Positions 1 through 11,020 of a stretch of 64,000 bases of DNA are shown here, in pieces. Under the pieces are notes generated by a model. It was given only the letters and a program-made list of their open reading frames with translations. It ran no database searches and was not told where the DNA came from. The stretch is taken from positions 117,430,001-117,494,000 of the forward strand of contig CM059431.1 in assembly GCA_030390025.1 (NCBI GenBank). The letters are read 5' to 3'. The translations under genes and the position numbers were made by a program. Position 1 is the first letter of the stretch, and each line of letters begins with the position of its first letter. Source of the DNA: Squalus acanthias (Eukaryota).

Positions 1-1840
1 TGCACTCAATTAATCATCAGGTGATATCTGACCATGGAAGCATCATCTTGCACATCTGTGGCTGTTGTATAGGAACTAGCCAAGATGCCTTCATTGTACA
101 GCATTCCACAGTTCCCACATTTTTAAAGGATGTCCAACATCCAATACTGGATGAGCAGAAATTTCCTCCAGCTAAATATTGAGAAGTCCAATGTAATTGT
201 CCTCAGTCCCCGCCACAAACTCCGTTCCCTAGCCATCGACTCCATCTCTCCTGGCAACTGTTTGAGACCGTTCGCAACCTTGACCCCGAAATGAGCTTCC
301 GATCACATATCCGCTCCATCACCAAGACCACCTACTTCCACCTCCGCTCCTGCCTCAGCTCATCTGCTGCTGAAACCCTCATCCATGCCTTTGTTACCTC
401 TAGACTTGACTATTCCAATGCTCTCCTAGCCGGCCTCCCATCTTCCACCCTACATAAACTTGAGCTCATCCAAAATTCTGCTGCAATATTCTAACTCGCA
501 CCAAGTACAGTTCACCCATCACCTCTTGGCTGACCTACATTGGTTTCCGGGCCGGCAATGCCTCGATTTAAAAATTCTCATCCTTGTCTTCAAATCTCTC
601 CTTGACCTTGCCTCTTCTTATATCTGTAACCTCCTCAGCCTACAACCCTCCGAGATCTCTGTGCTCCTCCAATTCTGGCTTCTTGCGCATCCCCAATTTT
701 AATCGCTCCACCATTGGCGGCCGTGCCTTTAGCTGCCTCGGCCCGAAGCTCTGGAATTCCCTCCCTAAACCTCTCTGCCTCACTACCCCTCTCTCCTCCT
801 TCAAGATGCTCCTCTTCTGTCCTAATACCACCTTATGTGGCTCGGTGTGAAGTGCCTTTCAACATTTCACTAGGTTAAAGGCGCTGCATAAATGCAAGTT
901 GTTGTTGTTATTGTTGTTATTACTAGGTAGATGGCTTTGAGATGAAAAAGGCTATCCTCCGCATCCGTGGCTCTTCCTTAGACAGCGAAACCCCAGACAG
1001 CAGGGGAGCATCCTGCCCTGGATGCCTCAGCATCTGTTTGCTATTCCTCAGCTGCTACCACCACCTGCTTTGGCGCAGTGAAAGAGTATGTACAAAAGGG
1101 CAATGGTTGGTTGCAGTGCTTCTAATAGTACCTCCCAGAGGGTAAAGCAGTTTCTAACCTAATGTTTGTGACATGCTAGCTGGGCCCTACAAGAAATTTG
1201 AGCAAAATTGAGGGAAACAATTATCTACAACATCTTCTTGATACTGGTAAACTTCTTCCTCAAGGGAGCTGGATAACTGCATTGACGTGGTTGATAACTT
1301 GCCTCCATGCAGCTGGTGTCTGTGTTTTTATTGAGTGAGTCCACTAACCCTAAATAGGACCACCCTCTTTTGCTGTACCTCCTGCAGGAGGACTTCCAAC
1401 TTTGGCATCCATCAAAGTGAACAATGATAGTGACATGTCTCTGTTGTGCCATTGTAAAGAATGAATCAATGGAAATCCAAATCAGGCGGCCGACACGTTT
1501 TACACTTCAGGTAAGTCTAAAACTTTCCTGAGTGGGACAAAGAGGAGCAGGAGTGACCCACCGGGCCCCACAAAGAAAGTTGTGGTCACCTCTGTCCCGG
1601 ACTCTCCTCCTCCCTCCTGTTAGATCCTTCCGAAACCTCCTCTCCGCCACTTACCTGGAAGCTGGCGGCAGCCGCTCTGCATCCTCTTCATATCCGTTCC
1701 GGGTCGGAAGTGCACCAGTGGCATTTAAATGAAGCCCGGCAGTTAAAATCACCATAACCTTCTGTTGCCTCTGCTGGGCAGAAAATAACTGGCCAAAGTG
1801 ATTTCCCACTGGAAACCCACACCGAGTTAAAATCCGCCCC
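1..1840. mobile_element. Fossil PIF/Harbinger DNA transposon (left end outside window), interrupted by L2
   Basis: + strand 3-125 reads HSINHQVISDHGSIILHICGCCIGTSQDAFIVQHSTVPTF (HARBI1-like DDE motif HSxNVQ...GSxHDAFIL). It resumes after the L2 as GRWL*DEKGYPPHPWL. Myb/SANT remnant on - strand 1225-1452 (LEVLLQEVQQKRVVLF, AWRQVINHVNAV, RKKFTSIKK across frameshifts). TIR-like end AAAATCCGCCCC at 1829-1840. Confidence 0.7.
131..920 (+). mobile_element. L2 LINE 3' fragment (decayed)
   Basis: ORF pieces ETLIHAFVTSRLDYSNALLAGLP and IGGRAFSCLGPKLWNSLP; 3' tail ATAAATGCAAGTT(GTT)n; homologous to 28180-29055. Confidence 0.9.
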
Positions 1841-2369
1841 AGTGTGTGGCTACCTCATTCAAGTCATCTCACGCATCATGGGAAAACGCTGCACCTTTGT
1901 AGTCCAGCAGAATCATATGGAGTGATATTGTAAGACTCCATTGCTGCCATAGAGCATCACTAGACATGAACAAGATTCAGAGATAGGCCAACACAACAAT
2001 AACCCCAGTCCTATGGCCTTGCACTTGCACTGGCAGCAGATCCTCACAATTTCTACCTATAATGTTCATCCTACGTGAATACCATATCAAAACCACATCA
2101 CATCAATGCAAGACTCGCAGCATAATGGCCATATACACAATCTGTAAAGAGAAAGCAGCACATTCAAACTGAGCCCATCTCTGCTACATGCAAGTGTATG
2201 TTTCTCAAGAGGAACTATGGGGCAGAGTTTCTTTGTTCATTTAGTATTACACAGGATTTTAAACAATATTTGCTTCTTCATCATTTTCAATTAAAATGTA
2301 GGCATTTTTTGAAAATCTCACAGGGAGTGAATTAATTGATCAGAGAAGCAATACAAATGGCACTAATGA

Positions 2370-3473
2370 CAGGGTACCCTACGTCGTCCAGTACTTCCCC
2401 GGAGCGGAGAAACTACGACATGTTCTTCGCAGCCTTCAACATGTCATCGATGACGACAAACACCTCGCTAAGGCCATCCCCACGCCTCCACTACTTGCCT
2501 TCAAACAGCCGCCTAACCTCAGAAGTACCATCGTTCGCAGCAAATTACCCAGCTTTCAGGATAACAGCGACCACGACACCACACAACCCTGCCATGGCAA
2601 ACTCTGCAAGACATGCCAGATCATCAACACAGATACCACCATCACACGTGAGGACACTACCCACCAGGTACATGGTACATACTCATGTGACTCGGCCAAC
2701 GTTGTCTACCTCATACGTTGCAGGAAAGAATGCACCGCGGCATGGTACATCGGCGAGACCATGCAGACACTGAGACAACGTATGAACGAGCACCGCGCAA
2801 CAATCGCCAGGCAGGATTGTTACCTCCCAGTCGGGGAACACTTCAGCAGTCAAGGACATTCAGCCTCGGATCTGCGGGTAAGCGTTCTCCAAGGCAACCT
2901 TAGAAACACACGACAACGCAAAATCATCGAGCAGAAACTGATAGCCAAGTTCCGAACTCATGAAGACGGTCTCAATCGGGATCTTGGGTTTATGTCACGA
3001 TACATGACGTGATCCGGACTCGAGTCGTCGTTAGCTTGTTCACAGATGTGATTCCCAGTAAAAAAGTAAAAATTTTCCCAGTAAAAAAGTAAATTTCTTT
3101 TAAAGCTTTTCGTTTTACATACAGACGGCAGCTTTTGACACGTTGGAACCCCTGCGACTACACCTCATTGTCTCAGTTGTATCTTGCTATGTCTTTTGAT
3201 GTGGTACCTTCCTGGCTGACTTAATTAACTTTATCACACCTCGGCAGATAGTCAGGATGATTTAATTTATTGGTCTGCAATTGTAAAGTACACATGCTTT
3301 TTTTTCCATCTATATATGCTCTGGCGATTCTGTATCCAATTTACTTCACCTGAGGAAGGAGTGATAGCTCCGAAAGCTTGTGATTTCAAATAAAACTGTT
3401 GGACTATAACCTGGTGTTGTGCGACCTCTCAATTTTGTCCACCCCAGTCCAACACCGGCATCTCCGCATCATG
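2370..3473 (+). mobile_element. Penelope-like element family A, 5'-truncated, young
   Basis: Stop-free frame 2368-3012 (DRVPYVVQYFPG...CHGKLCKTC...VVYLIRC...WYIGETMQTLRQRMNEH) = linker plus GIY-YIG endonuclease. 3' region contains a hammerhead motif. Flanking direct repeat ACTAATGA at 2362-2369 and 3474-3481. Confidence 0.92.
3346..3383 (+). ncRNA. Minimal type I hammerhead ribozyme motif (PLE-type)
   Basis: TCAC-CTGAGGA-A-GGAG-TGATAG-CTCC-GAAA-GC-TT-GTGA: stem I TCAC/GTGA, CUGANGA core, stem II, GAAA, palindromic AAGCTT in place of stem III. Confidence 0.8.
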
Positions 3474-3988
3474 ACTAATGATCCCAACCACCGTATTTAC
3501 TTGTGTTTGGCAATTAATATTGGCATTGATTGCAATGGTTGCAATGCATAAGTCAGTCTGAATGAGATGCAGGGAACCACGACAGAAGTGAGTTCAGAGC
3601 GGCAATTATTTTATGCCCTCAAAGCTGTAAAGACATTTGAACTGACTAACAAGTTAATCAATGGAAAGGATAAACTGTAGAAATCAATCCACAGATCTTA
3701 TCAGAAGTGCTAATTAATGCAAATGCAAAAATCACAATGGCCCACATTTTGCTGGAGTGTGCCTCATTAGTTAGACTTGTTGGTGCACATTTAGGTTTTA
3801 AAAAATTTTGCCCACTAAGTTGCTGGAAGTGTGAGCTGATAACAGCACAGTGAGGGCAACAGGGCATCTGGGACCTTGGTGAACTACGGGACAAACAGGG
3901 TATCTCCTTAATTTCTCAATCCTTTAATCTCATTAGTTAACAGAGGAAGGACGGAGAAGGAGGGTGAATTAGAATGGATGAATTCAAT

Positions 3989-5502
3989 GGCGCCGGAATT
4001 TGCGGTCAGCGGCGATGCAAAGGCATTCGCCATTGGCCCCGAAGTAAGCTTCGCACATAGATCTCATGATCCTGTGTCAAGAATTTCAGGTTTTCCGACG
4101 TGTAGAGTTTTGGGTTTTCCGATGCGTAGTTAAAATCAATGCAAGTTAATGGGGATTCCCATTGTGACGTCAACAAGTTTAAACAGCCAATCAACACACA
4201 GAATTCTCACAGACAACGAACCAGGAAGTGGGTAAGCTCATAAAATTGTAAGGGGGAAAAATTTGGTTAATTTGCACCTCCCATTAGCGCCTTAAGAGGG
4301 CGCTAACGGGGTGCAAAGCAACTAGCATCTGGGCGCGGCGCCGCTAACGCCTCCCATGAAATTCAGTGGGAGGTTAGCAGTGGCGGTAACCATTAACGCC
4401 CAGCGGCGCTGCGCCTCCGGCGATGACATCATCGCCATGCGCAGTGCCCCGCTAGCGCCCCGGCCGCGATCTTCGGTACCGCCCCTGACTTACCGGCGGA
4501 CGCTATGTCCGACAGGGTCAGGGGGGCCTACCTGCGACCGGGGTAGCGTAAATTAAAGGGGAGGTGCCGGGCGGCCATTTTTGTTGCTGGCCGCCTGCCA
4601 GCACCTGCCCCCATTGCTGTCCACGGCCTCCTATGCAGCCTCCCCACAGGGTGCCGGCTGCGCTCTGTGAGCCCAGCACTTCTCTTGAATGCCGGGCTCT
4701 TTTGCCAGCACTCCGATCCTAGGTGGCCCAGCTGGGCCCTGGGTCTTGCTGCGCTAGGCCCCTCCCCTTTAATAAGGGGAGGAAGGCCTGCAGTACCGCA
4801 GCACTGCTGCACGTAGCGCTGCGATATTCACTCGCAGCGCCCCAAGAGGAAGGCGGGGTGCTTCCAGTAGCGCCCCGCCTCCCTCTTGGGGCGCTACCAG
4901 TGAACATCGGGCGAGGGACGCTAACTTTTTCGGGGCACTACTTTTAGCACCCCGGCAAAGTTAGCGCCCCAAATGGGGCGCGACCTAATTTTGCCCCCTA
5001 ACTTTTTTTGAATGTTAGCAAGAGCAAAACAAAGATTGGGGTTCTCACATGGGGGAAAGGCAAACCTGAAATAAAGATGAACAAACATTTAAAAAAAAAT
5101 TTAAGTTTCTTAAAAATTATTAAAATGAATAAATTTGACACTGCTCAAAATGAAAACTATATTTTTAGGGCCATAACCTTTGTTTAGCAGTCAATACGCT
5201 GTTAAAACCCCAGTTACACCTAATCCCTTTGGGTCCAACTTTTAATGGGATATCTAGCAGCGTAATTACTGTGGAAGAGCCAAAGTTTTCAATAGTTTAC
5301 ATGATTTGAGAGATTTCGCTGATTGCCAGCTCCCTGGTGGGCACAGCGCTGCCTGTGGAGGAGCAGTGAATGACAGACCGTAACTTCGGATTTCCGCATT
5401 AGGCTGCGCGTGCGCTAAATCCTGAAATTGTGGTCAGTTTCAAAGGCGAAATGACGGAGAACACTGCCAGTTCACCGTCATCAGAGCTGCGAATTCTGAG
5501 CC
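3989..5502. mobile_element. Non-autonomous Harbinger-like element (middle layer)
   Basis: TIRs GGCGCCGGAATTTGC / GCGAATTCTGAGCC; 3-bp TSD AAT on both sides. Confidence 0.7.
4252..4998. mobile_element. GC/CpG-rich Harbinger-like MITE (inner layer)
   Basis: TIRs GGGGGAAAAATTTGGT / ACCTAATTTTGCCCCC; TSD TAA (4249-4251, 4999-5001); partial sister copy at 59697-60010. Confidence 0.85.
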
Positions 5503-7189
5503 AATGTCAAATCAGGTAAAGAAAGAGAAATAAAGAGAGGGAAAGAAAGATTAGATTAAGAAAGAGAAACAAAGAGACAGGAGAAGTAAGAAAAAAAATT
5601 TACAAAATAAAATTGACATTTTTAAAATCTCTAACAGCAATTCACAACCTGAAGGAATGAGACTCCACATTATTAATGGTTCACTTTCTGGGCAAGACAG
5701 GTTGATTGGCAGTTATTAACAATTATTACATTGTTAAAAGGGCACTTACGCTGTTAATTACTGGACTTAACTTTCAGTGACAGTTTAATGGGAATTTATG
5801 TGCACTGCAGCACCTTCCTGAATATCACGGGGTGGTTAAGAGCGAGATACCATTTTCATGAAGCTAACGGCGGAGCAGCACAAATCGTCCAACAACTTGT
5901 GGTAATTCACAATTCACAGGGTATCTCTTTCTCATCACAAGTTGCTGCTGATTTGCACATTAATAATGGCAAGCGTCGTTCACACACCGTTATTTTTTCA
6001 GCAAAATTCTGAGCCAACAAAATACAACTAATTACACTCATTTTCTAACACAAAAGCTCCATAATGATACTAATCACTAATACACTAGTCTTGTATGAAT
6101 TACCAGTCAGTGCAGATGAAATACAGTGCACTATTTTTAAAAAGCCAACCTAACATGAATAAGGGAAGAGCTAAAGGAAAGTGATGGGACTGATTGTTTC
6201 CCAATAGCTTAGTTGAGGATAAATCGAAAACCTTTAAAGTTCTGACCATGACGGTTAAATACATAGGATTACCAAGTGTGGTCTAAACAAACAAGATCCT
6301 AAATGGAAAATCAAAGTGAAATGAGGAAGAAAAACTATGTTAGAATTTTATTTTTGTAATAATATATAGACAAAAGCTGCAGTCCTGTCTATAAATCGGA
6401 GTATTTTCTAAACGGTGAGAAACTAGGGACTGTAGATAAGCAAAGAGATTGGGAGTCCAAGTACACAAATCATTAAAAGCTAGTGCACAGGTACAAAAAG
6501 TAATCAAAAGGGCTATTGGAATGCTGGCCTTTATTTCAAGGAGGCTGGAATACAGAGGGGAGGAAGTTATGCTTCAGTTGTATAGTGTCTTGGTCAGACC
6601 CCATTTGAAGTACTGCATTCAGTTTTAGGGATCGCACCTCAGGAAGAATATATTGGTCTTGGAGGGGGTGCAGCGCAGATCCACAAAGGATTAGAATGTT
6701 AAATTATGAGGACAGGTTGTATGAGGTGTTTAAAATGTTAAAAGGAGCCTCTGGCTTTGATCTTTGGGTCCTCACTGTCCACGGGGATGGTGCCAGAGGA
6801 CTGGAGAGTGGCGAATGTTGTTCCTCTCTTCAAGAAAGGAAATAGGAATGACCCTGGTAATTATAGGCCGGTTAGTCTTACTTCGGTGGTTGGTAAGATA
6901 ATGGAAAAGGTCCTGAGGGATAGGATTTATGACCATTTGGAAAGGGGCAACTTAATCAGTGATAGTCAACACGGATTCATGAAGGGTAAGTCTTGCCTAA
7001 CAAATTTGATTGAATTCTTTGAGGAGGTAACTAAGTGTGTAGATGAAGGTAGAGCAGTTGATGTCGTATACATGGATTTTAGTAAGGCGTTTGATAAGGT
7101 TCCCCATGGTTGTCTCATGAAGAAAGTAAGGAGTTGTGGGATAGAGGGAAATTTGGCCGATTGCATAAGTAACTGGCTATCTCATAGAA

Positions 7190-7865
7190 AAAATTGAGAG
7201 GTCGCACAACACCAGGTTATAGTCCAACAGTTTTATTTGAAATCACAAGCTTTCGGAGCTATCGCTCCTTCCTCAGGTGAAGTAAATTGGATACAGAATC
7301 GCCAGAGCATATATAGATGGAAAAAAAAGCATGTGTACTTTACAATTGCAGACCAATAAATTAAATCATCCTGACTATCTGCCGAGGTGTGATAAAGTTA
7401 ATTAAGTCAGCCAGGAAGGTACCACATCAAAAGACATAGCAAGATACAACTGAGACAATGAGGTGTAGTCGCAGGGGTTCTAACGTGTCAAAAGCTGCCG
7501 TCTGTATGTAAAACGAAAAGCTTTAAAAAAAATTTACTTTTTTACTGGGAAAATTTTTACTTTTTTACTGGGAATCACATCTGTGAACAAGCTAACGACG
7601 ACTCGAGTCCGGATCACGTCATGTATCGTGACATAAACCCAAGATCCCGATTGAGACCGTCTTCATGAGTGCGGAACTTGGCTATCAGTTTCTGCTCGAT
7701 GATTTTGCGTTGTCGTGTGTTTCTAAGGTTGCCTTGGAGAACGCTTACCCGCAGATCCGAGGCTGAATGTCCTTGACTGCTGAAGTGTTCCCCGACTGGG
7801 AGGTAACAATCCTGCCTGGCGATTGTTGCGCGGTGCTCGTTCATACGTTGTCTCAGTGTCTGCAT
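7190..7865 (-). mobile_element. Penelope-like element family A, second copy, inserted in the young CR1
   Basis: Reverse complement of 2761-3436 with about 4 substitutions seen; TSD ATCTCATAGAA at 7179-7189 and 7866-7876. Confidence 0.95.
7243..7280 (-). ncRNA. Minimal hammerhead ribozyme motif
   Basis: Same as 3346-3383 except the stem II loop is CGATAG. Confidence 0.8.
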
Positions 7866-9043
7866 ATCTCATAGAAGGCAGAGGGTGGTGGTGGATGGAA
7901 CATTTTCGGACTGGAGACCAGTTACCAGCGGTGTGCCACAGGGGTCGGTGCTGGGTCCTCTGCTGTTTGTGATTTTTATCAATGACTTGGAGGAGGGGAC
8001 TGAAGGGTGGATCAGTAAATTTGCTGATGACACCAAGATTGGTGGAGTAGTGGATGAGGTGGAGGGCAGTTGTAGGCTGCAAAGAGACATTGATAGGATG
8101 CAGGGCTGGGCCGAAAAATGGCAGATGGAATTTAACCCTGATAAGTGCGAGGTGATTCATTTTGGTAGGGCAAATTTGAATAAGGATTACAGGGTCAACG
8201 GCAGGGTTCTGAGGAACGTGGAGGAGCAGAGGGATCTGGGGGTTCATATCCACAGATCTCTGAAGGTTGCCACTCAAGTGGATAGAGCAATAAAGAAGGC
8301 CTATGGTGTGTTGGCGTTTATTAACAGAGGGTTTGAGTTTAAGAACCGTGAGGTTATGCTGCAACTGTACAGGACCTTGGTGAGACCACATTTGGAATAT
8401 TGTGTGCAGTTCTGGTCACCTCACTATAGGAAGGACGTGGAAGCATTGGAAAGAGTGCAAAGGAGATTTACCAGGATGCTGCCTGGTTTGGGGGGGAGGT
8501 CTTATGAGGAAAGATTGAGGGAGTTGGTGCTTTTCTCTTTAGAGCGGAGGAGGATGAGAGGCGACTTAATAGAGGTTTATAAGATGATGAGGGGGATAGA
8601 TAGAGTGGATGTTCAGAGACTATTTCCTCGGGTAGAGGCAGCTGTTACAAGGGGGCATAACTATAAGGTGCATGGGGGGAGATATAGAAGGGATGTCCGA
8701 GGTAGATTCTTTACTCAGAGAGTGGTTGGGGTGTGGAATGGACTGCCTGCTGTGATAGTGGAGTCGGACACTTTAGGAACTTTCAAGCGGTTATTGGATA
8801 AGCACATGGAGCACACCAGAGTGATAGGGAGTGTGATAGCTTGATCTTGGTCTCGGACAATGCTCGGCACAACATCGAGGGCCGAAGGGCCTGTACTGTG
8901 CTGTACTGTTCTATATATCTATGTAGGAGCTGATGGCTAGATACAGAGAAACTGTTTCTCCTGGGGGGTGAATCAAGAACAAGGGGACACAATCTCAAAA
9001 TCAGAGCTAGGCCCTTCAGAGCTAAATCAGGGAGCACTTTTTC

Positions 9044-9220
9044 TAAAATAAAAACAGAAAATGCTGGAAATACTCAGCAGGTCAGGCAGCATCTGTGGAG
9101 AGAGAAACAGAGTTAACGTTTTAGGTCGATAACCCTTCGTCAGAACTGGAAAAGGCTGGAGATGGAACAGGTTTTTAAGCAAGTGCAGGGGCAGGGAAAG
9201 GGGGGAAGGGTGGAAAGAAC
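9044..9220 (-). mobile_element. Penelope-like family B 3' terminal fragment with mutated hammerhead (9111-9147)
   Basis: Homologous to 24366-24510; - strand AGTT-CTGACGA-A-GGGTT-ATC-GACCT-AAAA-CG-TT-AACT (GAAA box mutated to AAAA). Confidence 0.75.
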
Positions 9221-9922
9221 TTTTTCCAAATCGGCCAAACCAGCGCAAAAGATTGAGGAATTTCAAGCGCAACTTACGTTCAGTGCAAATCAAGGTTCCG
9301 CGATCTATGGTGCTAGTTTAAACAACATCGCGCTGGGAGCTGGCCCCGCCCACAAAACTGGCCGTGCCCCCAGATCAATTAATCAGCATGACGGTTTTCC
9401 GCTAATTGCGCCCGTTTCCCGGCCTTCGAGGACACTCTTAAAATTAGCTGTTTTTTGGCACAATGATACTATTGGCACGTTTTAAAAGCTTTTACATTTT
9501 TTTTTAATTTACTAAGAAACTGACTACTGCACAGCAATGAAACTGGTAAATGGTTCTGCATAGTTTTTTAAAGTCAATTTCAGTTATTTAAAATCGGGTT
9601 ACTCGCAGGTGGTGGACTAGACACTCTGATTAAGAATACTTATTTTTTGTGATTAAACCCATTTTCAGCTGTATTAATAAAACTGCACCAGGTTACCACT
9701 CTTAAATATATCAAGAAATATTGTTTATGCAAATTTAAAAAAAAATTACATTCTAAAATGCTGCCTGATTGCACTGGTTCATGGAAGCTTTTACATTTGG
9801 TGATATGCAAATGTGTTTTTGCAGAAACTTGAGCAAAACAAACTCTTCTTAAAACTAGCGCAATTTTGCGTGCAATTTTGCATCCGGATCGCAGATTGCG
9901 CCCAAAGCAGTAACACTTGGCC
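9221..9922. mobile_element. Truncated non-autonomous Harbinger-like element
   Basis: GC-rich GCGC subterminal repeats, AT-rich core and right end ...GTAACACTTGGCC immediately before the CR1 resumes; left TIR not found. Confidence 0.5.
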
Positions 9923-10271
9923 AAGGTAGTAGAAATTTGGAACGCTCTCCCCCAAAATCTGTGGATGCTGGGACAATTGGAGCTTTCAAGACTGAGATAG
10001 ATAGATTTTTGTTAGGTAAGGCTATTAAGTGATATGAAGCAAAGTCGGGACAATGAAGTTGAGGTGCAGATTAGCCGTGACCTAATTGAATGGCGGAGCA
10101 GGCGGCTGAATGGCCTACTCTTGTTCTTAATGTTCCTACGTGCCAATAATGCTTTTGAAACATTAAGTTCGACACTTGGGGGTTTATTAATGGTTAAATG
10201 AACAGACACATTCACAGACAGCACCGAGATTACATAAGATGTTGCCGCAGAAGAATAACATGTTACAACTA

Positions 10272-11020
10272 GTTAAATGGTGAGAAACTATTAAATGTTG
10301 GTGTTCAGAGAGATTTGGGTGTCCTAGTACAAGAAACACAGAGAGAGTTAGCATGCAGGTACAGAAAGCAATTAGGAAGTCAAATGGCATGTTGGCCTTT
10401 ATTGCTGAAGAGTTGGTGTATAAGAGTAAGGAAGTCTTGCTATAATTGTACAGGGCTCTGTTGAGACCACACCTGGAGTACTGTGCACAATTTTGGTTTC
10501 CTTATTTAAGGAAGGATATACTTGCCTTAGTGGCGGTGCAATGCAGGTTCACTAGATTGATCCTTGGGATGAGAGGATTGTCCTATGAGGAGAGACTGAG
10601 TAGATTGGGCCTGTACTCTCTGGAGTTTAGAAGAATGAGAGGTAATCTTATTGAAACATATAAGATTCTGAGGGGGATTGACAGGGTAGATGCTGAGAGA
10701 TTGTTTCCTCTGGCTGGAGAGTCTAGAACTAGGGGGCATAGTCTCAGGATAAGGGGCCAGCTTTTTAAGACTGAGATGAGGAGGAATTTCTTCACTCAGA
10801 CGGTTCTGAATATTTGGAATTCTCTGCCCCAAAGTGCTGTGGATGCTCAGTCATTGAGTATATTCAAGGCTGAGATAGATAGATTTTTGGACGCCAGAGG
10901 AATTAAGGGATATGGGGATAGGGCAGGAAAGTGGAGTTGAGGTCAAAGATCAGCCATGATCGTATTGAATGGCGGAGCAGGCTCGAAGGGCCAAATGGCC
11001 TACTCCTGCTCCTAATTCTT
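10272..11020 (+). mobile_element. CR1 LINE 3' fragment
   Basis: ORF 10446-10940 (LRPHLEYCAQFW...RTRGHSLRI...WNSLP); CR1 3' UTR GAATGGCGGAGCAGGCTCGAAGGGCC. Confidence 0.92.

Larger units (their letters stand above)
3739..6015. mobile_element. Non-autonomous Harbinger-like element (outer layer of triple nest)
   Basis: Imperfect TIRs GGCCCACATTTTGCTG / CAGCAAAATTCTGAGCC; flanks AAT and AAC. Confidence 0.65.
6749..8924 (+). mobile_element. Young 5'-truncated CR1 LINE; RT frame intact except for the PLE insertion
   Basis: ORFs 6757-7189 and 7877-8844 rejoin in frame (ISNWLSHR|RQRVVVDG...GVPQGSVLGP...KFADD). TSD AGGAGC at 6743-6748 and 8925-8930. TTCTAT-type tail. Confidence 0.93.
6392..10138 (+). 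mobile_element. Old CR1 3' end split into three pieces (6392-6748, 8925-9043, 9923-10138)
   Basis: CR1 RT C-terminal motifs continue across the insertions (KMLKG|AD...; GHNLKIRA; ...VEIWNALP) and end in a CR1 3' UTR and tail. Confidence 0.8.

Noticed and set aside
7723..8391. 222-aa - strand ORF and similar long ORFs (2336-2773, 27507-27947, 58451-59020)
   Set aside because: Antisense or alternative-frame shadows of LINE/PLE coding sequence, often chimeric across junctions.
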